The notes under the pieces: generated by a model
What the model was told of the DNA's origin: nothing
Database searches by the model: none
What the model saw: only the letters and a program-made list of their open reading frames with translations
Part shown: positions 49,430-61,844 of the stretch, piece by piece
Numbering within the stretch: the stretch's first letter is position 1
Layout of the letters: each line of letters opens with the position of its first letter
Translations under genes and position numbers: made by a program
Assembly (NCBI RefSeq): GCF_006345805.1
Contig: NC_042999.1
Span: 162,192,001 to 162,256,000 of the forward strand
DNA length: 64,000 nucleotides
Direction of reading: 5' to 3'
Origin: Octopus sinensis
Taxonomy: Eukaryota

Positions 49430-51790
49430 ATATAGGAGAAAGTAAGAAAAATAGACAAAAATGCACATTGTAAATCAAAAAAGTAAAGGCTTTTTATGAA
49501 AAGTAATGATAGATATATACAATTAGAAGAACTGAGGTAGTAATAAAAGTAATAAAAGTCATTATTATGAGATTATTGAAGAGATTCAAGCACACTGCGG
49601 TTTCGTAAGATACTATTCATCCCTTTGAATGCACACCAATTAATGGACGGTGTCAGGTCTAATAGTTCCTGAGAAAAAAGATTATTTGTAAGGGAGGTAA
49701 GTAGTTCTGGATTTGGTGCAATTAGGTTAGATATAGAAATGTAATGTGAATGGTGTAAGGGATGTATGGGGGTTAGTGGTATTAATTGAAAGGTTAGTAA
49801 TGTTCTGAATTATGTTATGTATTCTTATTTAGTTGGGGAAGATATTTATTGATGAAAGTTGCCTCTTTATTTATTCTTTGTTGCACTGAGGTGTTCTGTG
49901 AACATTGATAGAAGGGGAAAATTTGGAAATTAGGATTAAGATTCCTAGCACACCTTTCTATGTGTTCACTGACCTGTAACTGTCTGTATTGTGGGTGGCG
50001 GATTTGTTCTTTGTGGATAGTGGTTCTTCGACAGAGTGATATTCCTGTTTGGCCAATATAGTTGTTACCACATCCTAAGAATGTCATGGCATAGATTAGA
50101 TTTTCTGAGGCACAGGTGAAATTTGATTTAATCTTAAATATTCCACCTTGTTTAAAGTGGAATTCTGAACCCTCCAAAAGGTGGGGGCATGTACCACAGT
50201 TAGGTTGACATTTTTTCACTTTTGGCTCTGTTGCTAATGGATATAGTCTTGAGCTGGTTAGTATTTTTTTCAGTGATTTCAGTTGCATTTTGCTTTTGAT
50301 AATTTTGTATGAGCTTAAAATTTTGTTCATTGTTTTATCTCCTGTGAGGATGGGAAGATTTGGGGTAATAATGTTGAAGGCTTCGTTTCTAGGGTTATGT
50401 ATGAAAATGTACAGGAGTATTTTTAAGTCTGGTTTAGTTTTTCAGCTGGTTTCCCTTAATGTTCATATATCTATTTCCTTAGCTCATTTAATGCCATCAT
50501 TTATTAATGATATTGGGTCATGTCTATTAATTAATGTTGATCTAAGTTCAAGGAGTCTTTGTTCACGAGTATAGGTATCCGAAACTATGGTACAGATTCT
50601 TTTCACTAGATTAAAAGGTATATCAATTTTTATGCGTTTGGGGTGGTATAATAGGTATTGTTTAGAATCTGTGGATTTATAAAAGATGTCTGTTTCGATG
50701 TGGTTATTAACTATTTTAATTAGGATGTCAAGAAAGGGGAGTTGTTTACTGTTGTGTTCCATGGTGAATTGTATGTTGCTATTAATGTTGTTAAGCATTA
50801 TTTTAAAATCGAGGAGTTTGTCCATGCTGTCTTTTCAAAGTATGAAGCAATCATCCAAATACCTCTTCCAGTTCTCCTTTAATTAGCAATGAAATGAGGC
50901 ACCATATTTTTCTAGTGATGATTGGTATAACTTGAGTTCGAGGTAACCCATTACAAGGTTTGCAATCACTGGAGCAGCTCAGGTTCCCATTGCAATTCCA
51001 CATTTTTGTCGATAGTAAGTTGTATCGAACATGAAATAGTTCTTCAGCAGGATGAATTTGAGTGTTGCGATTATGAATCTGTGGTTAATATGTCCTGGGA
51101 TCTCTTCTGGGTATTTTTCTAGCCAGAAGGTGATTGCTTCTATACCATATTCGTGTGGGATATTGGTGTACAGATTCACCACATCGAAAGATACCAGCAG
51201 GGTTCCTACCTTTACTGTCTTCGGGAGGTGGTTCAGCATGTCTGGGTCATCCCTGATAAAGCTTTTCACATATTTTAAAAATGGTTTGAGTAAGATGTTG
51301 AGGAAGTTGCTCAAATGGTGGGTTTCAAAAGAAAGGGCAGCTATGATGGGTCTCAGTTTGAGGTCAGTAGAGGGAGGGACATTAATGCATAGGCTTGTAG
51401 AAACTTTGCAGGCTTTACAAATATGTGAATTTTGTGTAATCTGTAGAATAGACTAGGACTGTATTTAAAATTGGATAAGTGGACACTGTCCATTACTCGA
51501 TGTGCATTCAAAACAATGAATAGTTGTATTCAAAGCAAAAAGCAATGACTAGTTGTATTCAAAGCAATGATTAGCTACTTACGAAACTGGTATGCTTGAA
51601 TCTCTTTAATAATTTCACAATAATGACTTTTATTCCTACCTCAGTTCATCCAATTGTATATATCTTTCGTTACTTTGCATAAAAGTGCATAAAAGTGATT
51701 TACAATGTGCATTTTCGTTTATTTTTCTTACTTTCCCCTTACATTACCACGTGTAGTTTCTATTTTCTTTTTGTAACATATTTCTATTAT
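49430..51790 (-). mobile_element. Penelope-like element: RT plus GIY-YIG, with an inverted terminal-repeat copy at its 5' side
   Basis: LVSFDVVNLYTNIP, GIAMGT, WKRYLDD, LPFLDI, NLIYA..NNYIGQTG; 49434-49486 and 49574-49609 are inverted matches of 51697-51748 and 51578-51615. Confidence 0.9.
51562..51597 (+). ncRNA. Degenerate hammerhead ribozyme in an inverted Penelope terminal repeat
   Basis: AAGCA-atgatta (decayed core)-...-GAAAC tg GTA-TGCTT; stem I intact. Confidence 0.4.
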
Positions 51791-51804
51791 ATACATATAT
51801 ATAT

Positions 51805-52350
51805 ATGGTGGCTGCCCCCTCGTTATCGAGTATGGCCATTGCATGAAGCTTCATCAATGTTGTTATCGTGCAATGCCTGTGCAAGAAGATTTTTTTTTAA
51901 AGTGAGGAAAGGCTGTGCACTGAGTCAATCCCACTCACTAAGCAACAGCAGCCATAATCTGAAAAGAAGAACAAGTCAACATCATCAGTAACCACTGAGC
52001 CGCAGGTTTTATGTCGGAGTTATCCCAGTTACCTGAGTTACCGTCACCTAGAAGGATGCATTAACAAAGGCCACGAGTCCTTCACTCCCAATGGTTTAAC
52101 CGCGCGATCGGGTATTCAGTCCGATTATTTCTATTTCCCCGCGCATGATACATCCTTAAGACATTTATTGGATGGCCGTTGACTCTCAAGAGTTCCTCCG
52201 CCCTTTGACATGTTTTGCTTTTCATCCCGCAGGGTGTCCAATAAACACCCTCTTCACCAAGCAAGCTTGGTGGGGTTGCCGGTTTAGTCGCCGACGACCC
52301 GACCATGCACCAGGTTGTACTGGGTTACATGTTACCAGTAGCACTCGAAA
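51805..52350 (-). mobile_element. Short non-coding element resembling LINE UTR sequence, inserted in (TA)n
   Basis: GC-richer and CpG-retaining, TA tracts on both sides; GGCGACTAAACCGGCAACC motif recalls RTE 5' UTRs; family not identified. Confidence 0.4.
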
Positions 52351-52488
52351 GTGACCTGACTTAACATATATATATACATATATTTATATACATATATACA
52401 CATACAAATATATATTTGTATACATATATATATACATATATATATGTATATATACATATATATATATACATGTAATATACATGTATAC

Positions 52489-52531
<43 letters not shown>

Positions 52532-53046
52532 CACACATATATATATATACACACACGCATATATATACACCCTATACATATATATATAAAGAGGGAAAGA
52601 GAGAGAGAGAATTGTAAAAGGATATGGATTGCACTTATTAATGCATTTTTGAGTACTTCTTCAGTGATTGCTTTTGGTTTGGGACTTTTCTCCTCAAACA
52701 TGAGTGGCCAGTCTTTCTATAAGTAGATTTACAGAAACCGATGTTTATTTATAAAATCAAAATTTCTTTAGTAGCATGGATATATCTGAAATGATAATAT
52801 ATTACTATTTCTGAGACTTTTTGGTCACACCTTGCTATTAGTTGATGGTATACCACTGGAAAAAAATGTCACTGAATGAATGACACAATATTGGAATCCG
52901 TCCAGTTACAAATGAAATCATTCCAGGATTAAAAGAAAACAAGTGTTCAATCCATTATTAACGGTCCATCAATATCAGCCTGATCTAGTTGACCTTACAT
53001 TAAATCACATCTTTTTTACTCTTTGTTTCCTCCAGGTAGTGTGTAT

Positions 53047-53452
53047 TACTCTTTTATTCTTTTACTTGTTTCAGTCATTTGACTGCGGCCATGCTGGAGC
53101 ACCGCCTTTAATCAAACAACTCGACCCCGGGACTTATTCCTTTTGTAAGCCCAGTACTTATTCTATCGGTCTCTTTTGCCGAACCGCTAAGTAACGGGGA
53201 CATAAACACACCAGCATCGGTTGTCAAGCAATGCTAGGGGGACAAATACAGACACACAAACACACACATATATATTTATACATATATACGATGGGCTTCT
53301 TTCAGTTTCCGTCTACCAAATCCACTCACAAGGCTTTGGTCGGCCCAAGACTATAGTAGAAGAGACTTGCCCAAGGTGCCACGCAGTGGGACTGAACCCG
53401 GAACCATGTGGTTGGTAAGTAAGCTACTTACCACACAGCCACTCCTGCGCCT
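53047..53452 (-). mobile_element. SINE family B
   Basis: Family match. Confidence 0.9.
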
Positions 53453-53879
53453 GAAATGATAATATATTACTATAACATTATTGAATGCGTCCGTTCTTGA
53501 AGAGTTGTAGGATTGGAGTTGAAGGTGGATGAACAGTAGACTGCTATTTATAAGTGATCAACTATATAGATGCTCCATAACTATTTTATTTTGTCTGTAG
53601 TCATCATAATAATCATTTCAATGTTAGTATATATTGGACAAATCTACAGTCCAATGTCATCATCATCATTATCTAATGTCAGTTTTCCATGCTGGCATGG
53701 GTTGACAGTCCATACACACTTCTCTCCCACATTTTGATGCTATCTAACAGACTACCTGGCAATCTGGAACACCTCAAGTTGCTGATCTTCAGGTTGTAAG
53801 ACATCGGTAAACCTCTTCCTTTCTGCTTCTATCCTAGTTAGATATACCTAATGCCAAGCTTCTCTTTTAGCTATTTGAT

Positions 53880-55300
53880 ATGTTTCTTTGTTACCTCCAT
53901 GCCCTCCACCCTTTCCAACCCAGTTTCTTCTGTTTTATAGCCCTATCAACCTCTCTGTCTGGCAGATGCTTTGCTCCAACCACAGATTTGGTCTGTTGCC
54001 ATCAGTAGATTGTTCCATAAGAACTTCTAGTTGTCCTCTATGTTTTATGTCTCCATCTGTCTTTCCTCATCAACAGCTTCAATAAGGATATCTCTTACTC
54101 ATATAAAGAATCCTTGAGCTTCTATAACCTCTTTTTGCACATTGGTTTGTGTCTCAGGATCCTTCTAGCCTGAAGTCCAAAGTCATTAACCACTAACCTA
54201 TGTTGAGATGTACATTCTTCACCTGAGAAAGTTTGCGTTCATAAGTGTATGCCTCCTCCGATTTCTGGTGAAGATGTACTTAATTTGGCTAGTGTGCCCA
54301 CTAAATTGATAAATGATCAGATGGCTGGCAGGTTTCCTGAGGTTGGTGTTGCAAACCATTCATTTGCATCACAGACCATCAGCAGCTTTGTTCCTTCCTC
54401 ATTTATGGAACCAAAGCCATAGCCTCCATGAAAACCATCAGAGTGTTTGCCAACACAGCCATTGAAGTCCCCTGCACAATGAGAATGTCATTGTCTTTTG
54501 TCATCGAGGTAGTTTGCAGAAGGGAATCATAGAAACAGTCCATCTGAATATCTGCAAGTCTGACATGTGGAATATATGCAAACATGACTGGGCCGATGCC
54601 AGCGTCGCTTTGACTGGCTTCCATGCCGGTGGCACATTAAAAGCACCAACTGATCGTGGCCGCTGCCAGACTCCCCTGGCACCTGTGCCGGTGGCACGTA
54701 AAAAGCACCCACTACACTCACTGAGTGGTTGGCGTTAGGAAGGGCATCCAGCTGTAGAAATACTGCCAGATCAGACTGGAGCCTGGTGCAGCCTCCTGGC
54801 TTCCCAGACCCCGGTCGAACCGTCCAACCCGTGCTAACGCGGAAAACGGACGTTAAACGATGATGATGATGATGATGATGATGACACTTTTATATTAAAC
54901 AAGACTAAGCTTAATAATCCTGTCACACACCCTGACTACCTCAATCACCTTATCCACCCATTTCTCTGCCAAAAGAATACTAATGCCCTAACCCATCACT
55001 GATTCCTACTCAGAAGAACTTGTATCTATGTATTGCCTGCCAATGAGGGGGTCTTTCTGAGGTTCCCCTCCATTATACCTCTTGCACCACAGCACATGTC
55101 TACATGCCACCACTCAAGCATTTCAACAATCTCACCAGACCTATCTTTCATTGCGCCAATGTTAATTGCAGTAGCTCTGAGCTTGTGAACTTGAGAGGGA
55201 AGTTGTAAGGGATGTTTTCAGCATTTAGAAAGATCTTTGCATTCACCTGCCTGAAGTTAGTCGGACCTTCAGTTTAGTGTAAGCAGGTGCAGGTAAAGGT
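53880..55300 (-). mobile_element. Decayed RTE LINE endonuclease region, with an RTE 3'-end fragment (+, 54590-54885) inserted
   Basis: INIGAMKDRSGEIVEML, FAYIP, GDFNGCVG..GYGFG..NEEG. Confidence 0.75.
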
Positions 55301-55745
55301 TGCTGCATGGATTACAATTACAATGAATTTCCTTCGGCCCTGTAAAGTCTTCATGAGTACATAAGTGCTATGGGGGAGGTGGGGAGCAGATAAATTAGAA
55401 GCTCCAATATTATTATAATTACTGTTATTATTATTAAGGTAGCAATTAGTCTTTGGCTATGTAGAAGTAACCATGCACACCATCAACACCATTTAATATC
55501 TGCCTTCCATGGATGGGACCCCATGGATGGGACTATGATAATATATATTTCAAAATCATCATCAGTGTCACATGTACATTAATATACATGCATATAAATA
55601 AGCACATGCATGATCAATTCATTACATGTAGAAACATGCATGTTGGGCCCACAGGCTACTAATATGCATTACATGTACAAATATACTATGCACTTGTAAA
55701 AACAGTTCACAAGGTGTAAATCATCAAGTATAATATCTATCTATC

Positions 55746-55774
<29 letters not shown>

Positions 55775-55777
<3 letters not shown>

Positions 55778-55943
55778 TGACTTCATAAATTAAAACAGAT
55801 TAGGAGATCGAAAATCCACCTGACGAATGTCATTGAAGACATGAAACGATTGTAGTGGCGGTTTATTTCTTTATATTAAAAATTTTTATGTATTGATTAA
55901 GTCTTTCCTTGTTTGTTTTGCAAAATAGTGGTTTTGTCTCGAA

Positions 55944-55950
<7 letters not shown>
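55775..55950 (+). mobile_element. Solo Penelope-type terminal repeat in (TA)n, same family as the palindrome ends
   Basis: Shares ATGTATTGATTAAGTCTTTCCTTGTTTGTTTTGCAAAATAGTGGTTTTGTCTC with 48880-48933; contains a hammerhead. Confidence 0.8.
55816..55858 (+). ncRNA. Minimal type I hammerhead ribozyme, same family
   Basis: CCAC-CTGACGA-ATGTC attgaa GACAT-GAAAC gatt GTA-GTGG; compensatory stem II change relative to the 48810 copy. Confidence 0.8.
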
Positions 55951-55992
<42 letters not shown>

Positions 55993-56543
55993 TACATATG
56001 CATACATACATTTAATTATGTGCATACATACATGTACATATTCTTCAATGAACATGGTCATACATGAGCAGATAAGCAAACATTAATATTTGCACATATA
56101 CTCGGATCCCATTCAAGATGGTAGTGGTGAGGGGCAGGTGGGAGGGAAAATGAAATTCAATTCAGTTCACATGAATAGGCAGTCCTCCATGAAGATTCCT
56201 TTGAAAAAATTGAACAGGAAATTTTCAACTGAAGTTAAAAGTACTTGTAGAAACGAATAGAAAGAGGGAAATATTGGATGGGAGTGAAATCAAAAATTAT
56301 GACAGAAATTGGAAGTTGTATCTGTAAGAGATTATTAGATGGGAGAAAGAATTCAAGATGGATAAATTGGGTGGGAGTGGGGGGAGATTGCAGAATTTCA
56401 ACTAAATTATATCATCATCATATATATGTAACAAGCAGCAACAATTAGGAAGATTGAAGAACTGGAATAAAATAAAATAAGCCAGTTTACTTAACTATCT
56501 TAGTTTTGATGTGCCATGTAAACTTCCATGTATGTATATGTAC

Positions 56544-56603
56544 TCATTCTTGTATGCTTCACTCCTTGCATTTCTCTTGGTTTGACAGATGACTGACAGC
56601 TGA
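56544..56603 (-). CDS. Putative exon C, 60 nt, phase 2-2: QLSVICQTKRNARSEAYKN(E)
   Basis: Acceptor ccttttatctttcctattattactgtag; open in phase 2; donor GA|gtacat is weak, so the 3' end is uncertain. Confidence 0.55.
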
Positions 56604-56772
56604 CTACAGTAATAATAGGAAAGATAAAAGGAATAATTCCCCTCAGACTATGAAGTATCAGGTTGGCATCCAGTCTGCAAAGGAGGACCATTTTAGCCTT
56701 GCTTGGCAACCCTCTTAGAGCTGGTGTCATGAAAGAAAAAATCCATAGATGGTTGTCACTTTAGTCACTTAC

Positions 56773-56831
56773 TAATATTCTCTGAAGTCATAAAGTACTG
56801 AGTTGGCATTTGGCATGGTTAAAAAATAATT
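56773..56831 (-). CDS. Putative exon B, 59 nt, phase 0-2: NYFLTMPNANSVLYDFREY(Y)
   Basis: Acceptor ttttattctcttttttttatacaag, donor TTA|gtaagt; the only open frame matches exon A phase. Confidence 0.7.
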
Positions 56832-57468
56832 CTTGTATAAAAAAAAAGAGAATAAAATAAAGTAATGAAAGATGGCCTTTCCTAACAAGGGATAGAGAAT
56901 CATAGAAGAAAACACTGAGAAAGGGAGAAGAGTTGGAGAAGAGCTTCCCCTTTAACAAGAAAAATTTTTTACCACTCAACAATAACTTGACCAATACTAT
57001 CATTATCATTACCAACAACAGTGCTATGAATATCAGAAAGAGAACAACAACAACGATTGCACCACTCCACCATTACCAGTGATTCATGCAAAGTAGCAGA
57101 GATAGTGGTAGCTGACAGTGACACCATTATGCCACTGACTAATACTACTACTCTGTCAACCAGCAACAGCAGCAGCACCACCACCACCACCAAAAGCAAC
57201 ACTTTTCTATCATTGCCACTACAACCACCGCACCATCAGTAACAACAACAGTAACATTAGCAGCTCCATAAATTAACAACCAAGACTGGCTCTTTTGCTA
57301 AAACTGCCCTCAACTGAATTGCCAAAAAAGCCTCACAGGGGCCAAAAGGTTCAACTGGAAAGAGGGTAAAAACGGTCACATTAGCTGTGATCCCAGAAGT
57401 AATGGAGGAAGCCAAGAAACAAAAATATTTGTATGTATATACGTATGTACACAGACATTCACATATGA

Positions 57469-57888
57469 AGGCGCAGCAGTGGCTGTGTGGTAAGTAGCTT
57501 GCCTACCAACCACATGGTTCTGGGTTCAGTCCCACTGTGTGGCATCTTGGGCAAGTGTCTTCTGCTATAGCCTCGGGCCGACCATTGCCTTGTGAGTGGA
57601 TTTGGTAGACGGAAACTGAAAGAAGCCTGTCGTATATATGTATATATATATATGTGTATGTATGTGTGTGTATGTTTGTGTGTCCATGTTTGTCCCCCCA
57701 CCGTCGCTTGACAACCGATGCTGGTGTGTTTACGTCCCCGTCACTTAGCGGTTCGGCAAAAAGAGACCGATAGAATAAGTACTGGGCTTACAAAGAATAA
57801 GTCCCGGGGTCTAGTTGCTCGACTAAAGGTGGTGCTCCAGCATGGCCGCAGTCAAATGACTGAAACAAGTAAAAGAGAGTAAAAGAGT
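57469..57888 (+). mobile_element. SINE family B
   Basis: Family match. Confidence 0.9.
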
Positions 57889-59409
57889 ATATTGCCAAAA
57901 GTTACATCTGCACTGACCATCTGCCCATATTGTGCCATGAAGATAACTATTGGCTAGGAATCAACATTGCCACTGATGCTTTTCACAGTAACATCCATGT
58001 TTCTGCTTCCTAAAATGTTATGGAATCAACCAGTGGATAGATGTGTCATGTACACTTTGGGCTTGTACTTTTATCCTTTTCTCTTTTTTGAACATGGCAC
58101 ATAATGTCCCATATAATGTCATATGCCTTCCCACACATAATGAAAGAGATCTTATCTAGGATGCTAACAAGGGCTGCCTCCAAACATAGGTAAGTTAATT
58201 TCTTCTTCTTGCGTACCTTGGTGATAAATTGTATCAACCTATACTATGTATGAAATGCTCCCAAACTTATGCTCTTTCATCAAAATGATTAATATGAAAG
58301 GGTTTCTTTTTCTTTTGGTTTGAAAGATTGTTTGTGAAGGACAGTGTACCCATCCTTCATTTGCCATTGTGTCGTCGGCGGCGGCGGCGACATTTCCATT
58401 CAGTATATTAAGATGTTTGTTTTCTTTTTGTTCATGATCACTATTAATATTTTGTGTGGCAATTAAGAAAGATCCTTTTTCTTTTGTTTTCTGTGTGTAA
58501 AACATGCTATTTTGTATATTTTCAATTTTCTTTTTGTGGGCATGGCATGAAATATTTGAAATCATTTTTGTATGCCTGTGATGTGAGGGAAAAAAATAAA
58601 ATACAAACCTTGTCTTTTATCAAGTATAGAAGAGAGCCTCCATATTTTAGGAAGTTGTCTAAGTATTTTTGGTAAAAATCTATCTTATCTATTAAAATCT
58701 TTTTCTTTGTTATAAAGAACATTACTTTGTTCAAAGTAAATTATTATAACAACAATTGTATCTAATTTAAGCAAAATGACTGAAATTTGTGGGGAGGGAA
58801 ATAGATAAATTGACTCCGGTATTTGACTTGCATTTTATCAATCTCCAAAAAGATAAAAAGCAAAGTTCAACTCAGAAACTAAAGAGCTGGAATAAATACC
58901 ACATGGAATTTTTTTTTGATACTCTAGTAATATTGCTAATCCACTATCTGATCAATAATATCTATAATAATAATAATGATTTCCAATTTAGGCACAAGGC
59001 CAACAATTCTGAAGGAAAAGGTTTAGTTAACTATATTGACCCCAATACTTGACTGGTACTTTAATTTATTGACCTTGGGGGAATAAGAGGCAAAGTTGAC
59101 CTCAGTAGGATTTAAACTCAGAATGCAAAGTGCCATAACTAAATACCAGTAAGTGGGTAGTTAATTAAACTAGTTGCAGTACTTGATAGGTACTTTATTT
59201 TATTGACCCCCAAAGAGGCAAAGTTGATCTCAGGGGTAGTTGAAACAATGTATAGAGACCTAACAAATTACTGTATAGTATTTTTTATCTGTATTCTACC
59301 AATTTTGTCAATCTCACAACAACAACAACAACAACAGCAGCAGCAGAACAACAAGAAAAGAAAGTAAGGAAAAAATAAGGAAAAATGTAAAAGTTGCAAG
59401 ATACATTAC

Positions 59410-59604
59410 TGTACCAAACCATTTCAAAAAGTCGTCAACATTATTCAGATTCCGGATTCGGAGACTAACAGCTCTCTGACAAAGTCTCAGCTCCCTTTCC
59501 CTCTTTTTCTGTCTAGCTTTTTCGATACCTTCAAGAAATTTCATTTGTGCTTCAAGAGTGTCTAAAACCTCAAGAAACTTTGTAAAAGAGTCTTTCATTG
59601 TGGT
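59410..59604 (-). CDS. Putative host-gene exon A, 195 nt, phase 0-0: TTMKDSFTKFLEVLDTLEAQMKFLEGIEKARQKKRERELRLCQRAVSLRIRNLNNVDDFLKWFGT
   Basis: Strong acceptor ttttcctcttgttctttatccag, donor ACA|gtaatg, open frame, non-repetitive coiled-coil-like peptide; phase fits exon B. Confidence 0.8.
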
Positions 59605-59749
59605 CTGGATAAAGAACAAGAGGAAAATGTTTATTTATAGTGATCAACATATATTTAAAGCTTTTCATACATATGTACTTTATATGAATACACAACACAG
59701 AGTTCATTCTCCAACAGCTACGGACCTTATATCAAAGAGCAGGTTTTGA

Positions 59750-60870
59750 GTCAATATGTTAATGCGATATACTGAACTTGAAAGTCCAATAATCACTGGT
59801 CCAATAATGTCTCTCAAAATCTCAGAGGAAGCTCCTGCTTTTGTTAGACAATCTGAAATCTGTTAATGATATCTGATCCATTCTACTTTTGTCTCTGCAA
59901 AGTGAGGAGTTATCAGTTTTGCAGAGCACTTCTGGCAATCTGGGTAGCTGAAAAATCTCTTGAATCATAACAGCTACTAAGATACCAGCATCAGCTGCTC
60001 CTCTGGGTATAATAATCCCTGAAATTTGTGGGCATTTAATTACACAATCCATTTTTTTATGACCAACAAATTAGAGCCATCTTCATTTTATTTTCAACAA
60101 ATTTGATAAAACCATCTTCCGATCTGAAGGTTTTCCCAAAGCTGGAAAAGATATAAAACTTACCTTAGATTTCAACCTTGATAAGGCTGTATTAACTTCA
60201 AACAGCATCCCTACTTTGGGAAGCTTTCCAGTGTTGCTCAAACATCAAACAATACATCTGGACGAATTTGTGTAGATAATCACATCATCTAACCTGTTAG
60301 CCTTTTTAATTCAAGTTTCCCTTCTTCGCTTAACTCCTCATTTTTCTTTTGTTACCTTCCTTTCCATTGGAGATATGGATGTGTATAAATCTTGATCTAT
60401 AGTAATCTTTCTCTGGCATGGATAAACATTCAATCCTAAATAATTGAATATGCCTCTTTTCATGAAATTCCTAGATCACAGAAGTGAAAGCACTACTGTG
60501 CTCATATCCTTCTCAAACAATTCATTATAAAGTCTTTAACATACATCACCAGCAGTTTCCTATTTGCCTCATGCCAGAGAAATAAAACATTGTCATAAAC
60601 ACTCACTATTAGATCAGCACTTGAGTGATCTTCCTATACCATGACAGAGGTGTATCTTTCAACCCATAGATGCATCTCTTCAGTTTCCACACTTGAGATT
60701 TTGGACATATACTTGAAGGTAGCTTCAAGAACATTTCTCTCTTCAAAATATCACCCTGCAGGTAATTTTAGCCAATCAGATTCATCCATTTTCTACAATG
60801 TTGTCAGTGTTATGGAAGATACAATGTTTTTACTTTTGTTACACACATAAGAAAAATCACAACTTGTTAT
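59750..60870 (-). mobile_element. Decayed Ty1/Copia RT-RNaseH
   Basis: LQGDILKRE..VWKLKRCIYGLKD..WY; ADAGILVAVMIQEIF..VLCKTDNSSL. Confidence 0.75.
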
Positions 60871-61139
60871 TTGCTGAGAAAGTAATAGTAAGAATGGTAC
60901 TAAACATTTAAAGATGAAGATATTTAATGAAAGAAACTGAAAGAAAACAAATTAATGGGCTTACAGATTTTGTTCTGTTTGACCTTGGAGTAACCAATTG
61001 GCTTTTGAATTTTCTACACTGATGTAGTTTTGCATGCTAATTACAAAAACCACATTCATTTCTTTGCTGGGTTTGGAGATTAATGATAAATAAAAAGTTA
61101 CAAGATTGAAATCATTGGAAATTTTTATCATTATCATTG

Positions 61140-61430
61140 GTTGATGCTAGTGCCACTTGACTGGCTCCTGTGCTGGTGGCACATAAAAAGCACCATTTGA
61201 GTGTGGTCGATACCAGTGCCTTCTGACTGGCTACCAAGCTGGTGGCACATAAAAAATACCCACTACACTCTGGGAGTGGTTGGCGTTAGGAAGGGTATCC
61301 AGCTGTAAAAACCTTGCCAGATCAGATTGGAGCCTGGTGTCGCCTCCTGGCTTACCAGTCCTCAGTCAAACCATCCAACCCATGCCAACATGGAAAGTGG
61401 GCATTAAACGATGCTGATGATGATGATGAA
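61140..61430 (+). mobile_element. RTE LINE 3'-end fragment
   Basis: GAGTGGTTGGCGTTAGGAAGGG..(TGA)n terminus. Confidence 0.8.
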
Positions 61431-61459
61431 TGTAAACAAATTAAAATGCCATGTGGGAT

Positions 61460-61841
61460 GGAAGCACTACGTCGGTTACGACGATGAGGGTTCCGGTTGA
61501 TCCGAATCAACAGAACAGCCTGCTCGTGAAATTAACGTGTAAGTGGCTGAGCACTCCACAGACACGTGTACCCTTAACGTAGTTCTCGGGGATATTCAGC
61601 GTGACACAGAGAGTGACAAGGCCGGACCTTTAAAATACAGGTACAACAGAAACAGGAAGTAAGAGTGAGAGAAAGTTGTGGTGAAAGAGTACAGCAGGGA
61701 TCACCATCATCCCCTGCCGGAGCCTCGTGGAGCTTTAGGTGTTTTCGCTCAATAAACACTCACAACGCCCGGTCTGGGAATCGAAACCACGATCCTATGA
61801 CCGCGAGTCCACTGCCCTAACCACTGGGCCATTGCGCCTCC
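61460..61841 (-). mobile_element. SINE family A
   Basis: Family match; 13-bp duplication taaaatgccatgt. Confidence 0.92.
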
Positions 61842-61844
61842 ACT

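Noticed and set aside
52260-52350. HDV-like ribozyme
   Set aside because: A P1 with G-U is possible, but P2 is missing and L3 lacks the U-G and P1.1 signature.
58046-58200. Plus-strand exon ending at CATAG|gtaagt
   Set aside because: All frames hit stops before any plausible acceptor.
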